Assembly: GCA_015680685.1 (NCBI GenBank)
Contig: MNCI01002686.1
Location: forward strand, 1 to 64,000
Source of the DNA: Gnetum montanum
Lineage: Eukaryota > Plantae > Gnetophyta
Direction: 5' to 3'
DNA length: 64,000 nucleotides
Under the pieces are notes generated by a model. That model searched no databases, had not been told where the DNA came from, and saw only the letters and a list, made by a program, of their open reading frames with translations. The position numbers and the translations under genes are program-made. How positions within the stretch are numbered: position 1 is the first letter of the stretch; the number at the start of each line of letters is the position of its first letter. Below are positions 61,751-64,000 of this stretch, piece after piece.

Positions 61751-63818
61751 GCCAAATGGATAGCCATACTCAATCTTTTGGATCTCCTCCTTCTAACTTA
61801 GTCATGGGGGAGATGGCCATTCATACTAATAATTTACTTAGCTCCTTAGTCTTTTTACTTTTTTGTTTTACACATTTTTGGTTTTACAACTTTTTGTTTT
61901 CATATTCTTTGTTTTACATCTTTTTTTTTAGGTTATTGATCTTTTCTAAGTTTTTGTTTTATACCATCATTAGAATATTAAATATTTCTTGAATAATATT
62001 TTACTTTATTTTATATTTTCTTGTGTTTGATATAATTGTTTACTTTTTTTGGTAATAAAGTGCTAGGTACAATGGTAATGTGCTACTCGATGGTGGTATG
62101 TATCATTTGTGATTTTATTTTTGATGTCTAGTTTCTGACTTTGAATGTCATTACTGACAACTAGGACATGGTTTCTTTTCATTTAACAAGCAGTGATTCC
62201 ACATCATTCACCCATCCACACACTCTATGGTTTTCCTTATTTTGGAAATATACAGTTCCTTCTTCATTAATTCAACCTTAATAAATTTGTGGCTTGTGTA
62301 GTTTTCAGACTTGGAAAGGAATCAAAGGTTCAGATAGGGTATGGCTTCAAGGGGATGTGGTATTCTATGTGCTTTTTCATTTTCCTGTGTGCAGGGGTGT
62401 TCTCATGAGCTTCTCACTATTCTATGTCATTCCACAATAGGAAGTCAAATAAGTCCTTGCATGGTGTGATCCTCATCAAAAGAAAAAAGATGAGGATTAA
62501 AAACACACCCCTTGGACAAAATAAATGTGGAAACACATGGGTCTTTACATGGTGTGGTTCCCATTTAAAATATATATATATATATGGAAATTCAAAGCAC
62601 ATCCCTTAGACCAAATAAAAGGGCTACAAGCACTAGTTATGGGACCTTTCTAGTCTCCTCTAACTAAGGCCCTTTCTCACTTCCTACTTTCTCTCCAATT
62701 TGGAATAGTGGTTGTTTTGTGGGAGCATTCTTGTGTCTCAAGGGATGGACTAGTCTTAGAATGTCAATGCAAAGTCACTAAAAGTGGTTGGTTTTGGTCT
62801 GGACTAAGGATGGATCCTACCAAGTCATTCAATCATGAACTCCACAAGGGACTTCATGTGACCATAATTAGGAACTCCATTACATTCTCTCTCTAATCCA
62901 TCTATTCTTTTCATGCCTCACCTCATTGCTGGTTTTATGTTTTGATTCAATGTTCTAGTTTGATGTGTTGGGTTTCTTAATCAATTACTTTTGGGTTTTT
63001 TACTTAACTTTTTGTAACCATTAATCATCCACGGTGCCCATGGACTCCTTGGTTTGAAGTTATGCAAGGGCATAAAAGACTTGTGCCTGCTTTGGTGAGG
63101 ACCCACTTGCATATCTTTTGGTTTGGTTAAGTTAAGTTCCTTAACCTTAGATATTTTTACAATGAAATTCTTTTTATTTGCCCCATCAATGCCATCTAAT
63201 TGTGTGCATCTTCACAACTATTTTTAGTGAGTTCCTTCTTTTTATTATTGTGAATTTCTATACCCTCTTCAGATATTCCTTGTGTTAAGCTTTTTATAAA
63301 TTTTATGGACTGCTTCTCTTACTTAACCCATTTGTCAATCTTCCCACTAACATCATCAAGTAACCAATCTACCATAATCACAACTTAGCTAGATAAAATC
63401 ACTGACGAGACAAGGTATTCAACCACTATGTCTTACACTTTATATACTAATCCTTGATTTTGTTGTGATTGCACTGGGGAGCATGGACTAGAAGCAGGAC
63501 TATCTTCACCAAGGAGGATGCAACAATATCACTCATAGGAGATTGTTCATGACAATTGGATCTCTTCTACCTCTCCCTCATTCTTCTATTGCCATGAGGG
63601 GTTGGATGTCATTGAATCCAAGGGTGTTCTTTCTTGTTGTCATGAACACCCAATTTTGTACACAATTGTAATATTGTATGCTCAGGCACTTCTGTATTTG
63701 TCTATTTTCTCTATGTTACTCTACATGTCAATCAAACATTCCAAAACTTCTAATATATTTTGTAAGGAACTTGTTCCTCTTGTACTTGAGGACAAGTTTT
63801 CATTTAGTTGTGGGGGTA

Positions 63819-64000
63819 TGATGAATCATGTTTTTCATAAGCTTTGATATTAGAGCAGCTACGATATTGGGTACACAATATCACGACCCAAGATGTGATA
63901 TTGGACATGCGATATTACAAAGTACTCCTAGGCCTATAAATATAGCCCTTGGGTACACAATTTGGGAGTAGTTTTTAGAGCCAAGTAGCAAAATTCTTGT
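63819..64000 (+). repeat. 3' LTR (partial)
   Basis: TGATGAATCATG right after the PPT; similar to the 5' LTR. Confidence 0.88.

Larger units (their letters stand above)
54578..64000 (+). mobile_element. Near full-length Athila-like Ty3/gypsy element, pseudogenised; 3' LTR begins at 63819 and runs off the window
   Basis: 5' LTR ~54578-55417; PBS TGGTGCTATTGCTAAGGA (55419-55436); gag-PR-RT-RH-INT; ~2 kb 3' region; PPT TGTGGGGGTA|TGATG. Confidence 0.92.

Overview
This is AT-rich eukaryotic DNA, most likely land-plant nuclear sequence; the species cannot be determined. It holds one intact protein-coding gene: a 5-exon, minus-strand RimP/UPF0090-family gene (6001-14308, 334 aa, probably organelle-targeted). 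The gene sits among decayed, nested retroelements. These include Athila-like Ty3/gypsy elements with TGATG...CATCA LTRs and a tRNA-Asp PBS (one near full-length pseudogenised copy, one gag-protease-only copy with a perfect TSD, a solo LTR and fragments). There is also a chromovirus-type gypsy and its solo LTR, an L1 LINE, a Copia remnant in intron 3, a TRIM and two bipartite RTE-derived short elements. The most unusual features are two very large solo LTRs of one family (31083-34184 and 41384-43835, both with perfect 5-bp TSDs). They are near-identical from the TATA box to the 3' end, but their U3 regions are unrelated CpG-rich mosaics. The mosaics contain short, sense-oriented pieces resembling host coding sequence: MORN repeats in one copy and a split HSP70/BiP motif in the other. 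Each copy also carries a different cis-element array. All alignments and translations were done by eye; no database searches were run.
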